Assembly: GCA_963773065.1 (NCBI GenBank)
Contig: CAVYZN010000005.1
Location: 106,273 to 170,272, forward strand
Direction of reading: 5' to 3'
Source of the DNA: an uncultured Gammaproteobacteria bacterium
Lineage (GTDB): Bacteria > Pseudomonadota > Gammaproteobacteria > UBA9214
DNA length: 64,000 bases
Every line of letters starts with the position of its first letter. Within the stretch, counting starts at the first letter, position 1. Shown here one piece after another: positions 20,701 through 29,569 of this stretch. The position numbers and the translations under genes are program-made. The notes below the pieces were generated by a model. It was not told where the DNA came from and ran no database searches. It worked only from the letters and a program-made list of their open reading frames with translations.

Positions 20701-21642
20701 GATGGCGATGGTAACGGCCGGGGCGCCATCGGCCGCGGGGTTCTCTCCCGCGTAGGCCGGTCCTGTGTAGTGCGCAACCATCTGGGTCGGATCCGCCGGT
20801 TCGTGTGCTACCCGAGCCACATCGCGAACGTAAACCGGTGCGCCATTGCGCACGCCCACGACCAGACGCTCGATATCGGAAGCCGTCTTCAGGAAGGCCC
20901 CGGTGCGCACCGCCAAGGCGGTACCACCGGTTTCGACACCGCCCGCTGTCTTCTCCGCATTGGCCGTGCGTATGGTTTCGGCGACCTGCGGCAGACTAAT
21001 GCCAAAGCCGGAAAGACGCTCAGGCAATACCTCTACCTTGAGCTGATCCTCGCGCCCTCCAACAACAAAGCCCTTGCCGGCATCCGGTACCTCGCCAAGG
21101 CGTTGCAGCAAATCCAGGGCCAGTGTTCGCAATGAACCGTCATCGAGATCCTCGGACCACAGGGTGAGCGCTACGACAGGTACATCATCAACCGCGACCG
21201 GCTTGACCAGCGGCATGGAGACATCAGGTGGAATCTTGTCTAGATTGGATTGCAGCTTGTCATGCACCTTGACAATCGATTTCCCCATGTCCTCGTTGAC
21301 ATAGAAGCGCACGGTTACCATGGCGCGGCCGCGTTCGGTCGCCGTGTAGGTATGCTCAACGCCGGGGATTTCTTTCATGATCCGTTCCAGCGGTTCGGTA
21401 ACCAGGCTGGCGACCTGTTGGGCCGAGGCCCCGGGATACTGGACGAAGACATCCACCATCGGGACGGATATTTGAGGATCTTCCTGGCGGGGAGTGAAAA
21501 ACAAACCCATCAAACCAACAAGCAACGCGGCAATCAGCAACATCGGCGTGACAGGGGACGTAATAAAGAGACGTGCTGTTCTGCCGGCGATACCCAGTGA
21601 TTTGGCATCATGCGGTTTGGAGATTTCTTGTTGTTCAGCCAT
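17773..21642 (-). CDS. RND (AcrB/CzcA-like) permease with a long C-terminal Pro-rich extension
   Basis: PRQEDPQI, VTEPLE, SIGILVDDAAVVIENI (TM4 DD), IIVRQSILIVEF, RMRPILITT; about 200 extra C-terminal residues. Confidence 0.95.
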   Translation of the reverse strand: MAEQQEISKPHDAKSLGIAGRTARLFITSPVTPMLLIAALLVGLMGLFFTPRQEDPQISVPMVDVFVQYPGASAQQVASLVTEPLERIMKEIPGVEHTYTATERGRAMVTVRFYVNEDMGKSIVKVHDKLQSNLDKIPPDVSMPLVKPVAVDDVPVVALTLWSEDLDDGSLRTLALDLLQRLGEVPDAGKGFVVGGREDQLKVEVLPERLSGFGISLPQVAETIRTANAEKTAGGVETGGTALAVRTGAFLKTASDIERLVVGVRNGAPVYVRDVARVAHEPADPTQMVAHYTGPAYAGENPAADGAPAVTIAIAKKEKTNGVVVANRLLEKIEDLKGDLIPANVHVEITRNYGKTANDKVNELLEAMLEAAVFVSLLCLYGLGFRAAFVVITVIPVVILVTIWWAMMVDYTIDRVSLFALIFSIGILVDDAAVVIENIFRHWLERGKTSVAIAVDAVREVGNPTILATFTIISALLPMGWVSGLMGPYMRPIPVLGSSAMFFSLLAAFIFTPWLAVKVAPRMASLEKAMKKEQKTHAKIRRFYRPIITPLIENRFLGFAFLFSIIGLTAGLCVLFYTQTVVVKMLPFDNKPEFSVIVNMPEGTAMPVTANVVRALAEEVRNIPEVTAVQTYAGTAQPFNFNGMVRHYYLRQRSWDGDLLVMIKNKNERERTSHQLAVDARHRLTPLAESMGARIAVVEMPPGPPVLQTVVAEVHGPDAETRRKVAADMTAMFGKVENVVDVDNYMAEPYEYWRFEVDTEKAVRRGISVDTINNTLTMAMGNFKLGDVKRETVLEPTYIVIQVPLSIRSQITRLGDLPVPTNDGKTLPLSELGQFIKQPEDPIIYSKDLRGVEYVIGEMEGRLGAPIYGMLGIEDLVKDYTAPDGVKMVTMPWNLFGAPKDDNHSGYEWSGEWTVTYETFRDMGGAFMAALVLIYALIVWEFKNFTLAGLIMSPIPLTLLGIIPGHWIMGAEFTATSMIGMIALGGIIVRQSILIVEFVKIEVAKGKDVREAAIHGAEVRMRPILITTLTVMVGAFAILHDPIFSGLAISTLFGAGVATCMAVLVVPLGCISARKQFYIETADDGTIGISPAYQRIEQVSNETAAPAGTPLWMRLYGGIISVFTWLFYIIRAIFTMLGMGFKAILGKSGHRRGAAPPPPRQPSPGAGGTPPPPRGGTPPPPRQPPPPRPAPAAGAADAATSTAASLQPAGEKAPAPHGRGAPVPTSDPVVAETVAGSGSAPEAVFADDVDHSGEEADESAMTSSEIADDTEGEGIVRKRRGIRLKQDLK

Positions 21643-21825
21643 ATATTAATCCCGCCTTTTTTATGTTTTCTCTTATGATAATAGACAAGCCTGCTGACCA
21701 GTCAATCTCCCCGCCCTTGCTCCGGTCAGGCATAGCTGATTACATTTCAGTAGCAGTACCATTTTGCCATACGCAATTGCTGCCCTGTCAGATGCAATTC
21801 AATCCGTGGAGTTGTGCCTCCTTTG

Positions 21826-22939
21826 TCAGCTCCCGGATGCCCCCACAACGACTCGGTCACCGGCCTTTATACCCGAAAGTATCGCTATTCCGTCAATCCC
21901 GACTTCATCACCGGTGCGTACCAGCCGCAATTCACGTTTGTTATCCTGGTTCAACACATAAACACCCGGCAAGCTGCCTTTCCACACCAGCGCATTCTTG
22001 GGAACCACGGGCAATTCATGTACCTGGGCGTTGATATCGTTGATGATGACTTCGGCATACATGCCTGCCCCGCCGGGCGCACCTTGCGGCAGATCAAATT
22101 TGACCGTCACGGTATGCCGGTCCGGATCCGCCATCGGGAAAATCTGCGCCACCCGTGCTTGCAGACTGACATCACCGACATCCAGTTTGGCCGGGACAAC
22201 CATGCCCTTACTCACGCCGGGCATGAGACGTGCGGGTACCTCGACCTGGATTTGCAACTGGGAGGTATCCGCGAACATGAGCAGCGGCATACCCGGTTGC
22301 ACTGGATCACCCACTTCGACCAGTTTTTTGGTGATCACACCATCAAATGGCGCGATGGATTTTGTATCGCGAAGCTTGGTATCGATCTCTTCGATCTTGG
22401 CGCGCGCGCTTACCAGTTGATTGCGCGCCTGCTCGACCTGAGTGCTGTACGAATAGAGATCAGCGCCCCGTTCAACGCGCGGGGAGCCAGAGCCAAACAT
22501 GCTGTTCATCGGGTTACTGAAATTGCGCATCAACGAACCCATGCCGCCGCATCATGTCATTCGACTGGCCGCCATAGGGTGAAATCCATTCCCTGGAATA
22601 CTGGACGCCGGCATTACGAAGCGCCGCCTCGGCATTGGCCAAATTTGCAAACGCCGCACGGCGCTGGGCCAGCAATTCGTCGTCAGTGATCGTCAGCAGG
22701 AGCGCGCCTGCCTCGAAGCTGTCACCCTCTTCACCGGAGATACTATCGATACGTCCAGGCAATTGCGCCGACAAGGTGGCTTCCTTGAAAGGGACAACGG
22801 TGCCGCCCAGGCTGACGGTACCGCCAACCGCAACACTGGGTACGGTTATCACCGTGTCCGGCTGAGTTTCCGCGCAGATGCCGAAACCCACCAGAGAGGA
22901 ACACAAAAAGCCGATAGTTGTAATTTTTCTGATTAACAT
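21826..22939 (-). CDS. RND periplasmic adaptor (membrane fusion protein), frameshift near 22550
   Basis: Lipoyl halves ATLSAQLPGRI...EEGD and IAPFDGVITKKLVEVGDPV; IFPMADPDRHTVTVK; GMYAEV; ILSGIKAGDRVV. Confidence 0.9.
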
Positions 22940-22990
22940 GGGTTAATCCTCAAACACGTAAAATAAATGGGCAGGTTCGTCTAAAATACC

Positions 22991-23011
22991 GGCGCTGTCA
23001 TTGACAGCGCC
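22991..23011. promoter_or_regulatory. perfect intergenic inverted repeat (hairpin or operator)
   Basis: GGCGCTGTCA-T-TGACAGCGCC between the SCP2 gene and the MFP gene. Confidence 0.5.
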
Positions 23012-23149
23012 TTCCTGACCTACTGATCAATTTTAATTAGGAACGAATCCTTAGACAGATTTCTTATTTCGATTTGGCGGTAAGGAAACACGCTTGCCGT
23101 TTATCCACACATCAAATCCAGTTACTTATTACTTATTCATGCAACAGTT

Positions 23150-23545
23150 TCAAGCCCGTCCCATCACGGTAAAACTTTTGATGAAGGGACCAGCCATACG
23201 TGGATCCTTGATCATGGCACCGTAGTCACCCACGTTGAATTTCAGCTTGCGGGAGGTATAGGCCATACCTAGCCCCATCATACCCGGTGGTTTGGCAAGC
23301 CACTTGTTCCAGTTGTCAAACGATGCTCGCAGATCCCAGTTAAGCGTCTCTCCATTGTAGGTTCCGGCGGTGACGGCCTTGCCGTTTTGAACATTCAATA
23401 CGCCGCGCGGCTGATCCTCGCCATCAAAGCCATAACCGATTACTGAATTGAAATTGATTTTTGCAAGGGCATCCGCTAATTCCGGCTCTGCATTCCACTG
23501 ACTCATGAAACTCTTCATCCATTCATCGGAAAATAGATCCGCCAT
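23150..23545 (-). CDS. SCP2 (sterol-carrier-like) lipid-binding domain protein
   Basis: LFSDEWM...WN N-terminus, WDLRAS, GMAYTSRKLKFNVGDY typical of SCP2 folds; RBS GGAGGAG; first gene of the cluster. Confidence 0.75.
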   Translation of the reverse strand: MADLFSDEWMKSFMSQWNAEPELADALAKINFNSVIGYGFDGEDQPRGVLNVQNGKAVTAGTYNGETLNWDLRASFDNWNKWLAKPPGMMGLGMAYTSRKLKFNVGDYGAMIKDPRMAGPFIKSFTVMGRA

Positions 23546-24104
23546 TTTTTTGTCTCCTCCAGGTTAATCGGGTTCATAGTCAGAAAGTCCATGGTAATTA
23601 TTAAATCAGACATGATTGCGTAAGAAATCATGTTCTTTAATAACTGTCGTAAACATAGCAAAACTGATTCATAAAATACAGAAAAACAACACCCTGCTGA
23701 CTGTAGGCTCGTCTGATGCCCAACTTTCATGGCGATCCAGATTTTTAATTCAGGTTTGTTGGCACCATGAAATAACAATGCAGTATTTCTGAATATTTGA
23801 AACTAGCTACATGTTGATCGCTAAATCATTTATGCCGATTGTCGATAAAGCTGGGACCTGAAACAGCTTCATGCTTTTGTTATATGGAACTGTTTATTAA
23901 GGTTTTATTGATTGAGCATAAACTGTTGCCCGCGACGCATACCAACCAAGCCAATCACGGCATGCCGCCGCGAATCCCTTTTTTATTAATTATATAACTC
24001 AGTTGGTTATTTATGCATACGGCAGGCTTTGTTAAGGGGCAAACTCTACAGGCTTCCCGCTATCCAGCCGTAATCGCCTGATCACGTCATGATGAATTAA
24101 CATC

Positions 24105-24569
24105 ATGAACATGCATGACAACATGGCCATCGAACGGCGGCGTAAAAAACGGCGACATTTCTCATTGCAATCATTCCTTGGGGCGCTATTCACGTTACGT
24201 CGTCGCCGGTCACGGCGTATCGACGATCAGTCAAACAGCTATATCGATTGGTATGAACCCTGGCCACTCGTTGCCAGCCTGGTCATCATTCTCTTGTCCT
24301 GCCTGGATGCCTTCCTGACACTGGTCCTTTTGAATCATGGCGCCGTAGAACTGAACATCCTGATGGACTGGTTGATCAAAAAGGACATACGCACCTTTGC
24401 CGCGGCAAAAATCGCCGTCACCAGTATGGCGTTGATCGTTCTGGTGATGCATTTCAACTTCCGTATTTATCGAGTGCTTACCGTTCGTTACCTGATGTAC
24501 GTTCTGATGCCGCTTTACGCGCTGTTGATCGCGCACGAAATCAGCCTGCTTAGCGTGTTACATCCATAG
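24105..24569 (+). CDS. DUF5658-like membrane protein
   Basis: LSCLDAFLTLVLLNHGAVELN..M motif; Arg-rich N-terminus; 3 TM segments. Confidence 0.7.
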   Translation: MNMHDNMAIERRRKKRRHFSLQSFLGALFTLRRRRSRRIDDQSNSYIDWYEPWPLVASLVIILLSCLDAFLTLVLLNHGAVELNILMDWLIKKDIRTFAAAKIAVTSMALIVLVMHFNFRIYRVLTVRYLMYVLMPLYALLIAHEISLLSVLHP

Positions 24570-24605
24570 ATATAAGATAGAGATATCCAGGGCTTGCGGG
24601 GCACC

Positions 24606-26864
24606 CTACCTGGCATCTGCGGAGGCCATGGCGGTCATGTTGACGATTCCACGCACGGAAACGGCGTTACTGAGTATGTGCACCGGAAGACGGGAACCAA
24701 TGAGTATCGGACCCACATCGACGGCATTGCCAAGACGCTTCATCACGCCAAGCGCGATACCCGCCGCCGCGAGATTCGGCATAACCAGGAGGTTTGCCGG
24801 CGCGCCGTGATCAGATTCAGGCGCGCCAGTCTCGCCATGCGAAGACAGTGCAACTTCAATACCCACCTCACCAGTCACCTCCAGACCCGGTGCCCGACTT
24901 TTCAGGATCTCGATGGCCGATGTGGCACGCTGCTGATCTCCTTTATCGCGACTGCCGCCTTCCGCGTGAGACAGTAATGCAACCCTTGGCCTGATACCAA
25001 AACGTTCTACGACCTTCGCGGCCATCAATACAACGTCCGCCAGGTGCTCCGGCGCAGGCATGATCGCGATCTGGGTATCGGTGATAAACAGCGGGCCCAG
25101 GCGCGTTATCACCAGGTTCACGGTAGATAGGTTACGGGAATTCTCGCCGCAGCCTATGAGGTTGCGGATGTAATTCAGATGCATGTTGAAATCACCGTTG
25201 ACACCGCATATCACGCCGTCAACCAGGCCGCGGCGCAGGCGCACGGCAGACAGAACGGTGCCATTGGTGTGCACAAGCTGTTTTACTGCATCGGATGTTA
25301 TCCCGGTTCCGGCAAGCCAGTCGCGGGCGCATAGCCAGTCCTGTTCCAACTGGTTGCTCTCACCCTGATCCACGATCTCGAAATCCTGGTCTGGTCGCAG
25401 ACGCATGCCAAGGTTACCGAGTTTTTCCTCGATCCGGTCACGATGGCCAACCAGCACGGGGCGGCACAGGTCTTCATCCACGATAACCTGCAGCGCCTGC
25501 AGGACGCGGGAGGATTCACCCTCCGCGAACAGGATGCGGCGCGGATGCTGGCGCACCAGATCAAAGATGGGACGCATTAGCGTGCTGGTTCTGAACCGGT
25601 AGTCCTGCAGCTTGCGCCGGTAGGCGACCAAATCATGGATGGGACGCCTGGCCACACCGCTGTCCATGGCCGCGCGGGCGACGCTCACGGCAATGCGGCT
25701 CATGAGGCGCCGGTCAAAGGGCTTGGGCAACAGGTACGTCGGACCAAAGCGGAAGGTCTCGCCGCGGTAAGCCGCGGTGACGCTATCGGAGGTTTCTTCG
25801 AGCGTCAGGTCGGCCAACGCTTTCACGCAGGCAAGCTTCATTTCATGGTTGATGGTAGTGGCGCCTACATCCAGCGCGCCGCGAAACAGGAAGGGAAAGC
25901 ACAATACATTGTTGACCTGGTTTGGGTAGTCAGACCGCCCTGTTGCCATGAGCACATCATCACGCGCGGCGTGGGCAACTTCCGGCAGGATTTCCGGATC
26001 CGGATTAGCCAGTGCCAGAATAAACGGACGCTCGGCCATCTGCTTGACCTCTTCGGCGCCCATGACACCGGGGCCGGACAGGCCGAGGAAAACATCCGCG
26101 CCTACTATGGCTTCCCGCAAGGTCCTACGGCCGGTCGCCCGCAAATACCTTGACTTGTACGGGTCATTCGTTCCTTCCCGACCCTCGTAAAGGACCCCCT
26201 TGCGATCACAGACGAAGACATTGTCCTTCTTCAACCCCATCGAGACCAGCAGATCCAGGCAGGCCATGGCGGCCGCACCGGCACCCGAGCAGACCAGTTT
26301 GACATCCCCGATTTGCTTCCCGGCCACCCGCAATCCATTGCGGATGGCCGCCGCGACGACAATCGCCGTGCCGTGCTGGTCATCATGGAAAACCGGGATA
26401 TCCAGACGTTCGATCAGTTTCCGCTCGATTTCAAAACACTCCGGGGCCTTGATGTCCTCCAGGTTGATACCGCCAAAGGTCGGCGCCAGCGCCGCGACGA
26501 CATCGACAAATTTGTCCGGATCGCTGGCATCGAGTTCCAGGTCGAAGACATCGATATCCGCAAAGGTCTTGAACAGGGCGGCCTTGCCTTCCATCACCGG
26601 CTTGGCGGCATAGGGCCCGATGTTCCCCAGACCGAGCACCGCCGTGCCGTTGGTTATCACCGCCACCAGATTTCCACGGGCCGTGTAATCCCTTATGGTG
26701 TCGATATCATCGACAATAGCCTCACAGACCGCCGCAACCCCAGGGGTGTAGGCGAGTGACAGATCATGCTGCGTGAGCATGCGCTTGGTCGTCTCGACAG
26801 AGATCTTGCCGGCAACGGGATGCCGGTGGTATTCGAGCGCGGTCTTTTTAAGATCAGTACTCAT
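24606..26864 (-). CDS. maeB: NADP-dependent malic enzyme with phosphotransacetylase-like domain
   Basis: [66 protein letters not shown]; PTA-like C-terminal domain. Confidence 0.97.
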   Translation of the reverse strand: MSTDLKKTALEYHRHPVAGKISVETTKRMLTQHDLSLAYTPGVAAVCEAIVDDIDTIRDYTARGNLVAVITNGTAVLGLGNIGPYAAKPVMEGKAALFKTFADIDVFDLELDASDPDKFVDVVAALAPTFGGINLEDIKAPECFEIERKLIERLDIPVFHDDQHGTAIVVAAAIRNGLRVAGKQIGDVKLVCSGAGAAAMACLDLLVSMGLKKDNVFVCDRKGVLYEGREGTNDPYKSRYLRATGRRTLREAIVGADVFLGLSGPGVMGAEEVKQMAERPFILALANPDPEILPEVAHAARDDVLMATGRSDYPNQVNNVLCFPFLFRGALDVGATTINHEMKLACVKALADLTLEETSDSVTAAYRGETFRFGPTYLLPKPFDRRLMSRIAVSVARAAMDSGVARRPIHDLVAYRRKLQDYRFRTSTLMRPIFDLVRQHPRRILFAEGESSRVLQALQVIVDEDLCRPVLVGHRDRIEEKLGNLGMRLRPDQDFEIVDQGESNQLEQDWLCARDWLAGTGITSDAVKQLVHTNGTVLSAVRLRRGLVDGVICGVNGDFNMHLNYIRNLIGCGENSRNLSTVNLVITRLGPLFITDTQIAIMPAPEHLADVVLMAAKVVERFGIRPRVALLSHAEGGSRDKGDQQRATSAIEILKSRAPGLEVTGEVGIEVALSSHGETGAPESDHGAPANLLVMPNLAAAGIALGVMKRLGNAVDVGPILIGSRLPVHILSNAVSVRGIVNMTAMASADAR

Positions 26865-26982
26865 CTGCTCCTTGGATACCCTCGGTGGCCTGGCAAGATT
26901 TCCGTTTACCGGGGGAAGCGCCGGCACGGAGGCCAGCATTCAACAGGTGTGGATTTTCCGTTAAATAAAAGATACTGCAATA

Positions 26983-28666
26983 TCATTCTTCCGGATATAC
27001 GGCTTTTCGATGGTGCGGTGGGTTGAGCGCTGTTATACGATTGGCATCCGCACAATTCTTGTTAAAAGACCTTGCGAAGGCGATAAATTCCCTGGCTGGC
27101 ATCCCTTTCGAGTAGTACCATCCTTGCCCGAAATCGACGCCGCGCGCGCGCAGATAATCTGCCTGCTCGCCGGTTTCGATCCCTTCGGCAATGATGCGCA
27201 GTTCAAGCCGCTTGGCCATGTCGATGATCGAGTCGATCAGCCCGGCGGTCAGCGCATCCGTACCGATGGCATCCACGAAGGTCTTGTCTATTTTCAGAAA
27301 ATCCAGCGGGAATGAGCTGATATAACTCAGGCTGGAATAGCCGGTGCCGAAATCATCCAGCGCGATATGTGAACCGCGCTCGCGCAGCCGCGTCATGACA
27401 TCCCTGGCATTGCCGCTGTCCTTTTTTATGAGGCCCCGCTCGGTAATCTCATAAATGATCTGGTTTGGCGGTATGGTGCTGTATCCGAACACGTGAGCGG
27501 TGGTTCTGAGTATCCTGTCCGACTCGAAATGGCAGGGGCTGAGATTGATCGCGATGTGGAACGATCGTTCCTCCTCGAGAAACGCTTCCATCTCCCGCCG
27601 GATCTGCCTCATCAGCCATTCCGTCATCGGCTCGATCAGATCCAGTGTCTTCCGCCAGCGGAATGAACAGATCCGGCCGGACCCGTTTGCCGCCGGGCTG
27701 GCGCCAGCTTATCAGCGCCTCGGCGCCAACGCAGCGGCCTGACTGGAGATTTATGACCGGCTGGTAATTGATCTCGAATTCATTCTTCTGCAGACTGCGC
27801 TCGAGCTCTCCCTGCAGGGACAGACGCCGGCGGAAAATCCCCAGAACGAGAATGACCAGCAGAACCGAGGTGGCGGCCCCGATGGCTCCGAGTATCCATG
27901 ACATTCTTATCCAGTCATGCAGTATCCAGGTATCGGACGCGGCGGCCACCGCGTAAATCCCGGGATATCCCTCCAGTTCGACGGCAAACAGCGTGCGTTC
28001 AATGCCGTCCTTGAACTGTGCCCGAAGTTGCGTTGAGCCAGCGGCAACCTCCGCCGTGGACTCCACCATCTCCATTTCCGGTACGTTACCGTTCCAGGCA
28101 TAAAGGTGGGCGTCCTCGCGCCGCATCAGTACGGCAAACCCATGTTCGCCCAGATCCGCACCCAGGCGTCCGATCAGCACACTGGGGTGTAGCAATGCAC
28201 CAATCTCCGGTCCGTTTTCCCATTTGCGCAGCGCCACGAGTCCATAGCGTTTCATGAGTTTGATCTGCAGCGGGCCGATGAGCCGGAACCCGGATTCCGG
28301 CGGCGGAAGTTCCGGCTCCACCGGAGGCTTGACCGGCCCCCAACTGGTGCATACCAGTTTGCGGTCGGGACGCATGATGCCGATGTCGCTGATTTCAGGT
28401 ATGTCATAGGCCATGGTGTTCATCGCACTGACGTCTGCGGCGGAACAGTCATACGAGAGGTCGTACAGGGCAATCAGCCCCTGATCCACATCCTGCAGGA
28501 TCTTCGAGGTGTCCGCGGCGATGGTCTGCGAGATGGACCGCAGCTTGGTCTCGGCAGACTCTACCGTGGTCTGGTAAGCCAGCCATATCGCCAGGCTCAC
28601 CGGCGCCGCTCCGGCGGCAACGGCAACCAGCGGGGTAAAAAAGATGATCAGCTTGCGTCGCATCAA
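26983..28666 (-). CDS. CSS-motif periplasmic sensor plus EAL c-di-GMP phosphodiesterase (frameshift near 27640)
   Basis: Two TMs flank a periplasmic domain with two Cys (YDCSA, LVCTSWG); YQPV, AEAL, EITER, DDFGTGYSSL, KIDK, AEGIET. Confidence 0.85.
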
Positions 28667-28787
28667 AATGGACGTCTACCCTTGGCCGTTATTATAACCG
28701 CAATGCTGGTGCAAACGGCGGACAAGCGCCCGGCACGGACTGGGTTCATGCCAGCGTTCGGCAGACAGCGGGAACAGCCATCCCGGA

Positions 28788-29399
28788 TCAATTCGAAACG
28801 CCACCCCGCGCGGGAAACCTGGCCAGCATGAACATGACCATATCATTAAGGCGGTCCTGGCGTTCTTCCCTGGATATCTTGAGATCCGCGTAACCCTGCA
28901 ACGCGCTGCGCCAGGCCGTTCGCCCGGTCTTCGCGTCGATAATGTCGATAACCAGCGTACCCTTCTCATAGCGGCCGGCATCCGGTGCCGGGAGGCTCAG
29001 GCTGGGCTGTATGCCGTAGCGATCATTGATCTCCTGGTCCGACAGGGCATCATTCAGGACCACGGTGTAACCAACCCGGAGATCACCCAGGCTGGCCCTC
29101 CAGGTATATTCGTAGCCCTTCTTGCGCAGCGAATTGATGATGGCATTCTCCAGGGCGTCCTTGTCCGGGGCTTTATCCTGGTGCGGATCGCTGTGTATCT
29201 CCCGCATACCCCGCGCCCAGGTGAAAGTTGCCGCTGACGATACATCGGTCATCGTATCTTTCGTTGATACCACAGTGAACGGCATGGGTTGGGCGCGGAT
29301 AGTCTTGGTCATGGCCGCCTTCTGCTGGCCGCATCCCGACAACAGCAGCGCAAGCACCAGGAAGGAAAGGAAAGATACGCATGACTTGCGCTTACTCAT
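28788..29399 (-). CDS. DUF4136-like lipoprotein
   Basis: Lipobox LSGC; YEKGTLVIDIIDAKTGRTAWR; C-terminal FP. Confidence 0.75.
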   Translation of the reverse strand: MSKRKSCVSFLSFLVLALLLSGCGQQKAAMTKTIRAQPMPFTVVSTKDTMTDVSSAATFTWARGMREIHSDPHQDKAPDKDALENAIINSLRKKGYEYTWRASLGDLRVGYTVVLNDALSDQEINDRYGIQPSLSLPAPDAGRYEKGTLVIDIIDAKTGRTAWRSALQGYADLKISREERQDRLNDMVMFMLARFPARGGVSN

Positions 29400-29569
29400 T
29401 AGTGACTCCTTCTATGTCGAAACTCCTGCTGTTGGCGAGCAACCCTCGCACAACCAATCCTCTAGCCCTATATCGTCAACCTCATGTCGGGCGTTGATCC
29501 AGCTCGCTGATCCCTGGCTGCTTTTCCAACGGACCACGACCACAGGTTTCCTGCTTCGCCCTGTGGTCG

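Noticed and set aside
17773-22939. Calling the RND/MFP pair acrAB or cusAB
   Set aside because: Family membership is clear but orthology is not; the atypical tail, hairpin insert and lack of an OMF argue against those symbols.
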